Shown piece by piece: positions 27,425-39,400 of a stretch of DNA of 64,000 nucleotides. Position numbers and translations under genes: made by a program. Under the pieces are notes generated by a model. That model made no database searches. It was given only the letters and a program-made list of their open reading frames with translations, and was not told where the DNA came from. This DNA is from Marsupella aquatica (Eukaryota; Plantae; Marchantiophyta). The first letter of the stretch is position 1. The number at the start of each line of letters is the position of its first letter. The stretch lies in the NCBI GenBank assembly GCA_973895155.1, contig OZ316891.1:12150771-12214770 (forward strand). Direction: 5' to 3'.

Positions 27425-27827
27425 TGTTGAGCATAGACGACGATCGCAACGGCAAGCCCATGAACCATCCAACGCACAATAGTCGACACAAGAGATACGT
27501 GGTTTACCTCCTTGAGGCTACGTCCACGGGAATACATAAGAGAGCTTTACTGAACTCTAAGCCCGTCGGCTATACCGAGTCTCCACAGTGTAAGCTCTCC
27601 CTATCTCTCAAGTGGCTCCATAACAATGAGCCTTGGTTCTACCTCTCCAAGCACACATGCCTCTTATGATATAGTGTGCAACTTAGTTGTACCTAACCAC
27701 ATAGTTGTACCTAATCACGTAGTTGTACCTAACCACATAGTTGTACCTAACCACGTAGTTGTACCAACCCACGTTGTTGTACCAACCACGTCATACCTAA
27801 CCTAGACGTAAGAGTAAATACCCAACA
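27425..27827 (-). repeat. 3' LTR (403 bp, 6 x 18-bp U3 units)
   Basis: TGTTG...CAACA ends, adjacent to the PPT and the TSD. Confidence 0.95.
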
Positions 27828-28016
27828 ATCTTCCCCTTGACTCTGGTCTAGGGGAGAGTAATACTGCCAATGTATATGATCCCTCAGCGGGAAGTTCTGG
27901 ACAAAAACCAAACCGGTTTCCCTCTCTAACTAGAGCAAATCAGAACTAAGCCGTAGCCTAATACATAGGAATGAGGAGAGCATATATCAGTAATTACAAT
28001 GAATGTTAAGAAAACT

Positions 28017-31000
28017 CTACTTGTGATGCAATTGCAAAACCTGTAATACGTCACGGTGTCTAGAGAAACTCTCCAAAGGAATCACTTTAGTAAATGCGTC
28101 AGTCGGGTTGAGTTTACCATCAATCTTGACTAGCTCAAACAAATTATCAGACACAGCCTGCCTGATAAAATGGTACCTGACGTCAATGTGCTTCACTCTG
28201 TTGTCCATCACCTGGTTCACAGCAAGGTGGAGCGCACTTTGACTATCACAATGGAGCTTCACATTCCCCTGTGGCAATCCCATTTCAGTGATAAGTCTAT
28301 TCAACCAAATCGCTTCCTTTGCTGCTTCCGCAGCTGCAACATACTCCGCTTCTGTAGTAGACTGAGCAATACACTTCTGCAAAGTAGACCTCCAACTTAT
28401 GCATCCACTGCCAAGTGTGAACACGTATCCTGTTGTTGATCTCCTTCGGTCCAAATCTTGTCCATAGTCAGAATCAACATAGCCAATCAATGATTTAGCA
28501 TTCTTTGCATTCGCATCAAATAAAAGACCATGATCCACGGTACCCTTCAAGTACCTGATAATCCACTTCACTGCTTCCCAGTGTACCTTCCCTGGATTCG
28601 ACATGTACCTGCTCACCTTGCCCATAGCCATGGCAAGATCAGGTCTAGTGCAAGTCATCAAATACATGAGACTGCCCACTGCCTTGTCATACGGAACCTT
28701 TGACATCAACCCCTTCTCTCTGTCATCCGTAGGACAGAACGCTGATGATAACTTGAAGTGTGGAGCCAACGGGGTACTTACTGGCTTGCTATTCCCTATG
28801 TTGAACCTTGCAATTACCTTCCTCGCATAATTGCTCTGCGTCAACCATAGCTTGCCAGCCTCCAAGTCCCTAGTGATCTCCATACCCAAAATCCTCTTAG
28901 CTGGCCCTAAGTCCTTCATCTTAAACTCTGCACTAAGCAGTGCCTTGAGCTTAACAATCTCAGACCTATCCTTGGCTGCAATTAGCATATCATCCACATA
29001 AAGTACTAAAATAATGAACCCAAAGACAACATTCTTTACCGGTTTCAAATACACACAAGGGTCAAATACACTTCTGTGAAAACCTTGTGACCGAATCCAA
29101 TCGTCAAACCGTTTGTTCCACTGTCTTGGTGACTGCTTCAACCCATACAAGGATTTCAGCAATCTGCAAACCAATTCCTCCTGTCCTCTCTTCACAAAAC
29201 CTAGCGGTTGTCTCATGAAGATCACCTCTTCCAATGTGCCCTAGAGGAAAGCTGTGACAACATCCATCTGATCTAGCAGCAGACCAAACATTACAATAAG
29301 TACACACAATAGTCGTATTGTAGAGTACTTAGCAACTGGTGAGAAGACCTCATTGTAATCCACACCTTTCTCTTGTGTGAATCCCTTTGCTACCAACCTA
29401 GCCTTGTAGACCTTCGATCCACCTCCTATGGGATTATCCTTCAACTTGTAAATCCACTTGCTGTCCACCACTTGCTGATCCTTAGGCAGTTTAACAAGCT
29501 CCCAAGTTTTGTTGTCCTTTAGTGACTGCATCTCCGTTTGCATTGTTGCAGTCCACTTCTGCTTCTCCTTTGAAACACTTGCCTCATGAAATGAAGAAGG
29601 TTCCCCTTCTTCCAAAATTAACGCATCACCCTCATCATCAGCTGTAAAATCATCCTCTTGCAGTTGAGATGAATCAACCCACTGTCCATACCTTGGTGGA
29701 GCGCGTACAGTGCGACCAGATGTTCTTCTAGCCGATGACTCCGGTTGATCTGCGTGTGCTGGTATAATTTGAAGCTCAACAGCATCCACTTGCTGCTCCT
29801 TGTGAGACTTGATTACATTGTCCTCTCCACGTACAGTATTGTCCTGTAACACATACAAATTCTTTTGTCTACTCCCCTTCAAAATCACTGTCTCTCCCGA
29901 CCTGACTTGAAGTTCACCATCAATAACGTTCCATTGATGACCATTTGAATCCAACACACCGAGTGAAATCAGATTCTTACGCATGCCAGGTACATACCTG
30001 ACTCCGGACACTGTGCGCACAGTGCCATCAAACATTTGAATCTTCACAGACCCAATTTCCTCAATTTGACAGGAGTGATCATTTCCCATCAGAACTGAAC
30101 CGTTTGAAACAGAGTAAGAACTGAAAAACTCACAAATGTAACAAATATGAAAAGAGCAAGCACAATCAAGAATCCACACATCATCTGCTCTCCTAGATGA
30201 CGTGCACAGGGCATACCCCCGGCTTCATAAAACATACTCATCATTGAGTAAATCAGCTTCTCCATCAGCCCTAGCCACATTTGCCGATAAAGTTTCCGCT
30301 GCCTTTCCCTTACAGTCTCGCTTGAAGTGTCCAACTTGGTTGCACTTCCAACATGTCACCTGCCTCCTCTGAGGGGATTTACCCTTGGACTTAGATCTGG
30401 ATTTAGATCTAAACTGGGTTCTACAGTCCCCAGTTGGTCGCTGCATACTCCTCCCACGTTAACATTGAGGGCAGCACCAGATGATGAAGGTTGTGACGTG
30501 ATGTGCATCTTCTGCTGAAGATCATCACTAAGCAGAGAACTTACCACGTCATTGTATGAAATGGTATCCCTATCACGATGCAACAACACTCGTGATAGGG
30601 ACTGGTAAGATGGAGGCAATGAACTAAGAAGCTGTAGAGCCTTCGTCTCATCATTCAAAGTCTCTCCAAGGTTTTCCAAGTCAACGACCATGTCGTTGAA
30701 AGCATCCACATGGTCTTGCAACTTCGTACCGGATTCCTTCATCCTGAAACTCATCAGTTTGTAGGAAGTGTAGAGCCGGTTCGACAACTCCTTGCGGTGA
30801 TACTTGCTCTGCAATTCCGCAAACAAGGATATGCAATCCTTATATGCACCCAACTGCTTGATGATGGGAGGCATGAGATAGAGTGTAACACACCACACTC
30901 CCTGCTCCTGCATGCGGTCCCATTGTTTCTCATCAACATCGTCTTCACGAGGGCTCAGTAGTTGGCCCATCCCTGACGCATAGAGCACTCCCTTCACCTG

Positions 31001-31264
31001 CTTCTCCCATAGCAAGTAGTCAGAGCGCCCATCATACTTTGTCACTTCATACTTGGGTCCCCCAAGCTTGAAAGTCCCCATCTTCTTCTTTGGCACTACC
31101 GTGAGCTCCGGTAGTAGTACTGCTTCTTCCACCACACGCCGCACCGGTGATGGTATCGGTGTCACGTGCTCTTCCTCCTGCTCCTCTCTCTGCCCTTGAA
31201 ACCTCCGCGGTGATCCTCGTGCTTCAAGTTCCATGTCTTCGAAAAACTCCTCCGAATCACTCAT
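28017..31264 (-). pseudogene. Disrupted copia gag-pol (gag, Zn knuckle, protease, RT, RNase H; no integrase)
   Basis: Motifs: KYEVTKYDGRSDYLLW (gag), CWKCNQVGHFKRDC (Zn knuckle), WILDCACSFH (protease), YKARLVAKGF, SLYGLKQSPRQW and LYVDDML (RT), CDSQSA...KHIDVRYHFIR (RNase H). Lesions: a 1-nt frameshift at ~30460 and in-frame stops at 30225-30227 and 29241-29243. Confidence 0.93.
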
Positions 31265-32412
31265 ATGAGAAAATCACAAAAAATGTTGTTTTTCACAACT
31301 TCTCAAAAAACTTGAAACTCAACACCGCCGCGTAGCCCACAAAGCTAGGAGTCCAATACTGAAAACCAAAATCAAAATTGAAATTTGACGGAAAAATTAT
31401 TCAAATTTCGGTCGAGGTGGGTAAAACCTTGGGAAACTCCCCCGTTTTGACCACCTCAGGGAATAACCAAAATACCAAGTACAACCCGTTGTCGGAATTG
31501 CGATGTGATTGGTGCGCTGCGTTGCCAACTTCAATGGCTACGACCTCGCCAAAAAATAACCAAAAAAGTTACCGTTCGGCGGATGAAATCTTTGTTGGAC
31601 GGTCAAAAAATAGCTCTCTGGTTTTTAGAATATTCTATGACCCTTGTACAGGCCCTGCGGGAATTTTGGAAGAACAATCGAGGGGCTGACATGTGTCCTC
31701 GAACCCCCAAAACCCCCTACCACCCTTCGTCGTCGAAATCTGGTCGCGCGAGCAGAAAATACACACGGCAGAATGTACCCCTCGACACCAAACACAAGAT
31801 ATCTCACTCGGGTTTTGACGAAATCAAGATCTGATTTCAGATTTGGAAACTAGACTCTGAGGCGGTAAAGATCGATATAAGAAGCACCCAAAACGAGGAA
31901 AGAATGAGGGAGAAAACAATTGGTAAAGATGACAGATTTCTCTCAATTGCCATAGCCAATTTCGAATTAGTTTTTCAAAGAGAAAAAAATGGTACCTTGT
32001 CAACAACGAATATTGATCAATTGCACTTGGTGTCGTCACCAAGTCCAATAAGGTAATTGATTTTGCTTAGCCTTCCTCTTTGCATCAAAGAGCCAATCCC
32101 TCAAAACAATCGTCTTGCCTCAATCTCTCCGTTGAGTCAAAACACTTGACGCTTCTCCCTCCGAGTCGATTGCCAACTTTCTTCACAAAATCCAGAAAGA
32201 CAAAAACTTAGATTTCTCTGCACCACGAGCTCCGTTCAGCGATTTCTTCACACCATTAGAAAGCTCTTGCCCTGATCTATCCGTTGAGCCCATAAACTCC
32301 AAGTTCTATGCGACGGAACTCTGGAAAATCCACCGACACTCAACGCTGGAAAAACCGTCATGAAATCCCGTCACGAACACATGTCACCTCCCAAGCATGC
32401 TCTGATACCAAT

Positions 32413-32797
32413 TGTTGAGCATAGACGATGATCGCAATGGCAAGCCCATGAACCATCCAACGCACAATAGTCGACACAAGAGATACGTGGTTCACCTCCT
32501 TGAGGCTACGTCCACGGGAACACACAAGAGAGCTTTACTAAACTCTAAGCCCGTTGGCTATACCGAGTCTCCACAGTGTAAGCTCTCCCTATCTCTCAAG
32601 TGGCTCCATAACAATGAGCCTTGGTTCTACCTCTCCAAGCACACATGCCTCTTATGATATAGTGTGCAACTTAGTTGTACCTAACCACATAGTTGTACCT
32701 AATCACGTAGTTGTACCTAACCACGTAGTTGTACCAACCCACGTTGTTGTACCAACCACGTCATACCTAACCTAGACGTAAGAGTAAATACCCAACA
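32413..32797 (-). repeat. Inner 5' LTR (385 bp, 5 x 18-bp units)
   Basis: Separated from the PBS by a 2-nt AT spacer. Confidence 0.95.
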
Positions 32798-32799
32798 AT

Positions 32800-33220
32800 T
32801 GTTGAGCATAGACGACGATCGCAACGGCAAGCCCATGAACCATCCAACGCACAATAGTCGACACAAGAGATACGTGGTTCACCTCCTTGAGGCTACGTCC
32901 ACGGGAACACACAAGAGAGCTTTACTGAACTCTAAGCCCATCGACTATACCGAGTCTCCACAGTGTAAGCTCTCCCTATCTCTCAAGTGGCTCCATAACA
33001 ATGAGCCTTGGTTCTACCTCTCCAAGCACACATGCCTCTTATGATATAGTGTGCAACTTAGTTGTACCTAACCACATAGTTGTACCTAATCACGTAGTTG
33101 TACCTAACCACATAGTTGTACCTAATCATGTAGTTGTACCTAACCACGTAGTTGTACCAACCCACGTTGTTGTACCAACCACGTCATACCTAACCTAGAC
33201 GTAAGAGTAAATATCCAACA
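32800..33220 (-). repeat. Outer, supernumerary 5' LTR (421 bp, 7 x 18-bp units)
   Basis: Joined to the inner LTR through AT at 32798-32799 and followed by the TSD GGTAA. Confidence 0.95.
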
Positions 33221-33417
33221 GGTAAGCTCAGTATGCAGGGGTTGTCTTTTCTCACAGTTTCAAGGACAACACCTTATAAGAATATATGGTTAGAAAAACT
33301 GGCACAGAAACGTCAGATGGGGTCCAATCTGCAAAGAAATTTTAACGATCCCATCAGGGCAAGTTTCCCAGCCAGGGGGTCCATCACTGAAGTGTATGTA
33401 TACTATATATATACCTC

Positions 33418-36400
33418 TGTTAGACTCTACCTCCTATTGACCGGACCAACCAGTCATCCGACACTACTACATGTACACACCTTTCCAGACTATACGACAG
33501 TTATTGACATTCGCATTATCACACGTTATCAGCACGAGAGCTCAACCACCGGAGCAAAGGAGAAAGAAAAGAAAACTATGAAAGATTGAACAATTTTAAG
33601 TGGCGAATGGTGAAGAATCTAATTGAACAGGACTATGGCAAATGAAGGCGAATGAAGAGTCGAAGCAAAAGTGCAAACAAGACCACATAAGGAAGAATGA
33701 GCACACAGAAGTAAAAGAAGGAGGCTAAGAAACTTTTGAAGGGCCATGGAGATTGCAAGAAATAGGGAGCGAGTAATCAAACATGAACCCTCTAATAGAA
33801 GAGAGGAAAAACACCTTGAAAAGTGCAATCGAATCTGAATCCATTGAATCTCAATAGCGCAGAAGGAGAATTTTGAGGGGAGAAAGTAAATCAATAAGGA
33901 TGCAATAGATCAACAAGGCAGCGAGAGAAAACAAAAGTAACCCTGAGAAGAAGAACGCGATCTGGAATCATTCATTAATTACAAGGCTTCGACTCGGCCC
34001 CGGAAAGATTGTCAATTGAAACACGACACTCAACGCCTTTCATAATTGTATGTACACTCGCAACAAGGTTGGAAAAGAAGTGGCAGATTCACGAATGAAA
34101 TAAAGCCATCGCGCGCTCTACTTGGAATTTCACGCGCGAACACGTCAGGGAAAAGTTGTCTGCCACACGAACACTTGAGCCCGAGGTAGCCAACAAAATT
34201 CCTAGACAGGACAAACTCGAGGCGCTTCGATGAAAAATCCTGCAACTCTGCGGAAGCTGACCATTGGCAAGTCCACCGAAAGAGTGAGATAGGGCAAACG
34301 TGACCTGGGCGGACGATAAGCGTACACCAGAGAAACAAATGCAAAGCCAAAGGACGAAGGAAAATGAAGTTCGAAGGCAATGAAGGCAGAAGCCTGAAAG
34401 AAGAGAGTCGCGAGAGGAAGCACCTGAGAAAAGAGGTCGCGAGTGGAATCGAGATCTGAAGGTCGCAAAAGAAGCGCGCGAGGAGGCCAGCAAGGAAGAA
34501 AGCGCAACATCAACGCTGAAAACATCAACAAAACGTCAAAGAAAAAAACAAAACCGCTAAGTGCACGATCCATAATCGCACATAACTGCAAAACCCTCTT
34601 TAACTGCACAACCCGTAAAAGCGATTTCCGAATACAAATAAAACCGTGCAGTTATAGAGAGTTCCCATTCAAAAGAGCATAAACACATAAAAGAAATTTC
34701 CCGTTGCATAAGGCATCCCTAAGTAGGCATGTTGGATAGCATGAAAGCAATGTTGCAAGACCCCTCAACCCTTAACCTGATGCATGCCGCAAATGTGCAA
34801 TTCCATTTTATCTACTAATATAAAATAGGCTAAATCCCTAACCTTGACAAAACCATAGTTTAGGGCATAAAAATCCTAGAAACCCTAGTAAACCAAAAAG
34901 ATACCAAAGTGACCAACCTCAAGAAATTAACTTTTCCAGCCCTAGAAATTGATGGTAGCAATTATCTAGAATGGTCCATGAACCTCAAGGAGAACCTAAC
35001 CTCGCTAACCCTACTCCCAGCTATAGGGGTAGCTCAACCCATACTAGCTGACGAACCCCAACCAGACCCGTTAACCAAAGCCAATGAATCCAAGGCCCTA
35101 GTATTTCTTAGACGCCATATCCATAGGTTCTTGCAAAGACAATATATGCATCTCTCAACCCCTCACGAACTATGGACAGCGCTTCAGACCCGATTCGACC
35201 ACCAAAAATTGGTCGAACTACCTAGAGCCAGGCAGGACTGGCTAAACCTACGGGTCCAGGACTTTACATCTATTTCAACCTACAATAGCGAGCTCTTCAG
35301 AATTACTTCAACCCTTGCACTCTGTGGCGAGCCAGTCACCGACAAGGACCTGCTAGAAAAGACCTTGTCCACGTTTCACTCTTCGAACGTGTTACTATCA
35401 ACTCAGTACTGGAACATGAAGTTCGGGCAATACTCAGAGCTCATCGTCCACCTCCTAGTAACAGAAAGAAAAACCAATCTGAGCTTCTTTTAGTTAACTC
35501 TAGAAAACGCCCTGCGGGTACACTAACCCCAAGACCACAGAGTGAAACCCATAATATAGAAAACACTGAACCCTCCACATCAAGGTAGGGTATTAAGCGC
35601 ACCAGGAATGGCAACCGGAGAAACACCCCCAACAGGGGGAGTTTCTTTAACCAATGCCCACAACTTAATTTATGACGGCCCCTTAGAGGACGTGGAGGAC
35701 GTGGCAGACGCGGCGGTGAAAGAACAAATAATAACAACCAAAGAAATGATTGGTCACAATCCCGACAACAACGGGAACGCCCAAAATACCACGAATACTA
35801 CATGACAAACCACCTAGCAAGAAATTGTAGAATCCCGCAACACCTTAGATCCCTATATCAACAGTCCCTCAAGGATGGACAAACCTCTAGGGCACCACCC
35901 CGTGAGACCCACGGGGCGTTTATGGAGTCCAGCGACCTATTTCAAGACTTTTCAGATACACCTGTCCACTCCGAGGCACATTTAGTGGCGAGTAGCTCCA
36001 CAACCCCAGACCTAAATAGTCCTAGCACATGCATTATTGACAGCACGACTACGCATACTATCCTCCGGGATATACACCTTTTCCACAAGATCACACCCTC
36101 ACGTAGATCACTGACCACTATCAATGGTCCTAGCCAAATAGAAGAGGGCTTCGGCCTAGCTTCTATTAGACTCCCACAGGGTACAGAAATCCACATAGAA
36201 TCTGCTATTTTCGCCCCGAATGCAACCCGTAATCTCCTCAATTTTAGAGATATACGAGCAAATGGACTACACGTCCAGACAGGCGATACAAGAGACCAAG
36301 AAGTAATCCACTTGGTTCAAAATACCCATACGGGGAAAATTATTAAAGAAACTCTTTTCTCGTACCCATGCGGGTTTTATATAACTCAAATTGAATATTT

Positions 36401-39400
36401 GCATAACAATGCACAACCAAGCGAATTGCCCACGCTCTGGCATGCACGCCTCGGCCACCCCGGCCAATCCATGCTAAGCAAAATTATTAAGAATTCACGC
36501 GGCATTCCAACCAATATACGTCACATTCCAGCTAGCACCCCATGCACTGCATGCTCACGCGGAAAATTTATAACAAGGCCCACGGCATCAAAATTGTCAA
36601 CCAAGATACCAAAATTTCTGGAACTCATACATGCAGATGTTTGCGGGCCAATTAACCCACCGAGCGGACCATTCTGCTATTTTATGGTATTGATCGATGC
36701 ATCAACCAAATGGTCAAATGTGACCCTGCTTCCAACGAGGAACATGGTTATGTCTCGCATCTTGGCGCAAATCTTGCGCGTGAAGGCACAATTTCCAGAT
36801 CACCCCATTAAGACACTAAGGGTGGACAATGCAAGGGAATTCACATCTGAAACATTTGACGACTTTTGTACATCACTTGGCATTGACGTACAATATCCTG
36901 TACCCCACGTGCATTTTCAGAATGGATTAGCTGAAGTTGTCATTAAACGCCTTCAGCTAATTGCACGCCCACTACTAATGCAGTCGAAACTCCTCGTCTC
37001 AGCATGGGGACACGCCATATTACAAGCTAATGCATTAATTCAATACCGCCCATCAGCTTTTAATACCTATAGCCCATACCAAATTGCTAACGGTATCAAA
37101 CCCGATCTATCCCATCTTCATTCATTTGGATGTCAAGTAATGGTCCCCATTACTCCACCCAAACAAACCAAGATGGGACCCCAACGACAGTTGGGGATAT
37201 ATATCGGATTCGACTCACCGTCCATCATCAGATATATGGAACCTACAACGGGTGACGTTTTTAAAGCCAGATTTCTAGATTGTCATTTTGATGAGCATAT
37301 TTACCCACCATTAATAACCCCTGAACACCCACAACCACCTTTGGAGTGGGAGAAATATTCACCATTTTGGCAAGACCTTAGAACAAATCAGGGGGAGAAA
37401 GAAGTTCAGCAAATTTTGCAACTCCACAAGATTGTGGAAGAACTCCCTGAGGCTTTTGTCGATACATCACAAGTTACCCGCTCACATATTCCAGCTGCGA
37501 GAGCATCTGCTCGCATCGAATTATCAAGTGAGCCAACAAGTACATCCCAGCCTCGTGCCAAATGTGGCAGACCCTTGGGATCAAAAGATAAACAACCAAG
37601 AAGGCGTGGTTCATCTATACCCCCTTCACCTGATGTCGATCATGCCGAATCTACAACTCATGAAGAGATCTCTATCCACTACGCACACACCGGTGCAATG
37701 TGGGATAGAAATACTACTTCAATAGATGATGCTTTTGCATTAATGGTGGCAACACATATCAATGATGATACACCCGAATCAATATCCATCTTAGAATGCC
37801 AAAACAGACCAGATTGGCCTGAATGGTAAAAAGCTATCAACGAAGAATTAGATTCCCTACTAAGCAGACACATTGTTGGCCCAATTGAACCAACACCGCA
37901 AGACGTACACCTCATTGGCTACAAGTGGACGTTCCTCCGCAAAAGAAATGATAAAGGCCAGGTTGTACGCTACAAAGCACGTCTAGTAGGGAAAGGATTT
38001 ACCCAACAACCGGGAATTCATTACAATGAAACTTACTCACCGGTTATGGATAGCACAACATTCCGATACCTTATCGGATTTGCCATTTTCCATAAACTTA
38101 AGATGCGACAACTGGATGTCGCAACCGTATATCTATATGGAACATTAGACACTTGTCTATACATGCGATCACCTCCCGAGTTGGAGCAACGTCGCCGAGC
38201 TTTAGCTCAAGGTGCTACATCGCATATTCCATATTTACATTAGATTATAAAACAATTATCTCAAGTTACATTTCATGTGTCATCTACACATGTAACTCAT
38301 CACAATGATACTCCTGTGTCAGCCATACGACATACTCGCCGTGGACTAGCTATCCGCGTGTTGAAGGCATTATATGGCCTGAAACAAAGTGGCAGAGTAT
38401 GGTATCAAAGATTCACTGATGAAATGATTGCCATGGATTTTTCCCATGATGCAATTACCCCATGTTTATTTATTAAACATGTGGATGACGAATATGTCAT
38501 CATTTCTATTTATGTCGATGACTTAAACATATTTGGGACACCCCAAATTACAGAAGATACTATTACTCGTCTTAAATCAATATTTGAGATGAAAGACCTT
38601 GGACATACAAACTTTTGCTTAGGCTTACAACTAGAGATCCTACCCACTGGCATGATGCTCCATCAGACAACACAAATTGAAAAGATCCTAAAACAGTTCA
38701 ATATGAACCTAGCACACCCATTGACGTCACCAATGGTGGTACGTTCATTAGAAAACAATACTGATGTTTTCTGCAAGCGCGAAGAACATGAACCAATATT
38801 AGGACCGGAAACTCCGTATCTTTCCGCGATAGGAGCATTATTGTACCTAGCAAATCAGACTCGACCAGACATTGCATTTGCAGTTAACTTACTAGCTAGG
38901 CATAGTGCAACCCCCACAGCCAGACACTGGAACGGAGTTAAATACATATTTAGATACTTGCATGGCACCACTGATACCGGGTTATTTTACCCATTTGGTG
39001 CAAACCACGAACTCATAGGATATGCGGACGCCGGATATGACACCGCAAAATCCCAAACCGGGTATGTTTTTACTATAGGGGGTACCGCTTTTTCTTGGAA
39101 AAGCGTGAAACAGACCCTAACAGCAACCTCATCGAATCACTCAGAAATCTTAGCTCTACATGAGGCTAGTCGTGAAGCCGTTTGGTTACGCTCTTTTATA
39201 AATCACATCAACACCAAATACGGCCTACCAACACTAACAAAACCTACTAACATCTTTGAGGATAACGCAGCATGTATACAAAAGATCATGAAAGGATTCA
39301 TCAAAGGCGATCGCGTGAAGCATATAGCTCCGAAGTTTTTCTACACCCATGAGCTACATGGAACAGAGATCAACATTTTGCAGATTTCAAGTGCAGACAA

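Larger units (their letters stand above)
27425..33220 (-). mobile_element. Ty1/copia LTR retrotransposon (Tork/Tnt1-like), integrase-deleted, with three LTRs
   Basis: TG...CA LTRs at 27425-27827, 32413-32797 and 32800-33220. TSD GGTAA at 27420-27424 and 33221-33225. PBS TGGTATCAGAGC (iMet) at 32399-32410 and PPT AAGGGGAAG next to the 3' LTR. Gag, protease, RT and RNase H motifs are present. Confidence 0.97.

Noticed and set aside
27424-27669. 81-aa ORF MLSIDDDRNGK... repeated three times, and the VVPNH-repeat ORFs
   Set aside because: They lie wholly within the LTRs, antisense to the element, and recur only because the LTRs repeat.
27682-27790. 18-bp array superficially resembling a CRISPR
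   Set aside because: The units are contiguous with no spacers, there are no cas genes, and the context is a eukaryotic LTR.
33619-34609. Hydrophobic antisense ORFs in the Bianca leader (possible env-like gene)
   Set aside because: Several overlapping frames are all Phe/Leu/Ser-rich, as expected from an A/G-rich opposite strand, and no motif is recognisable.
35461-35480. Possible programmed frameshift in Bianca gag
   Set aside because: It falls within conserved gag before the Zn knuckle and lacks a proper slippery heptamer. The element has other lesions, so decay is more likely.
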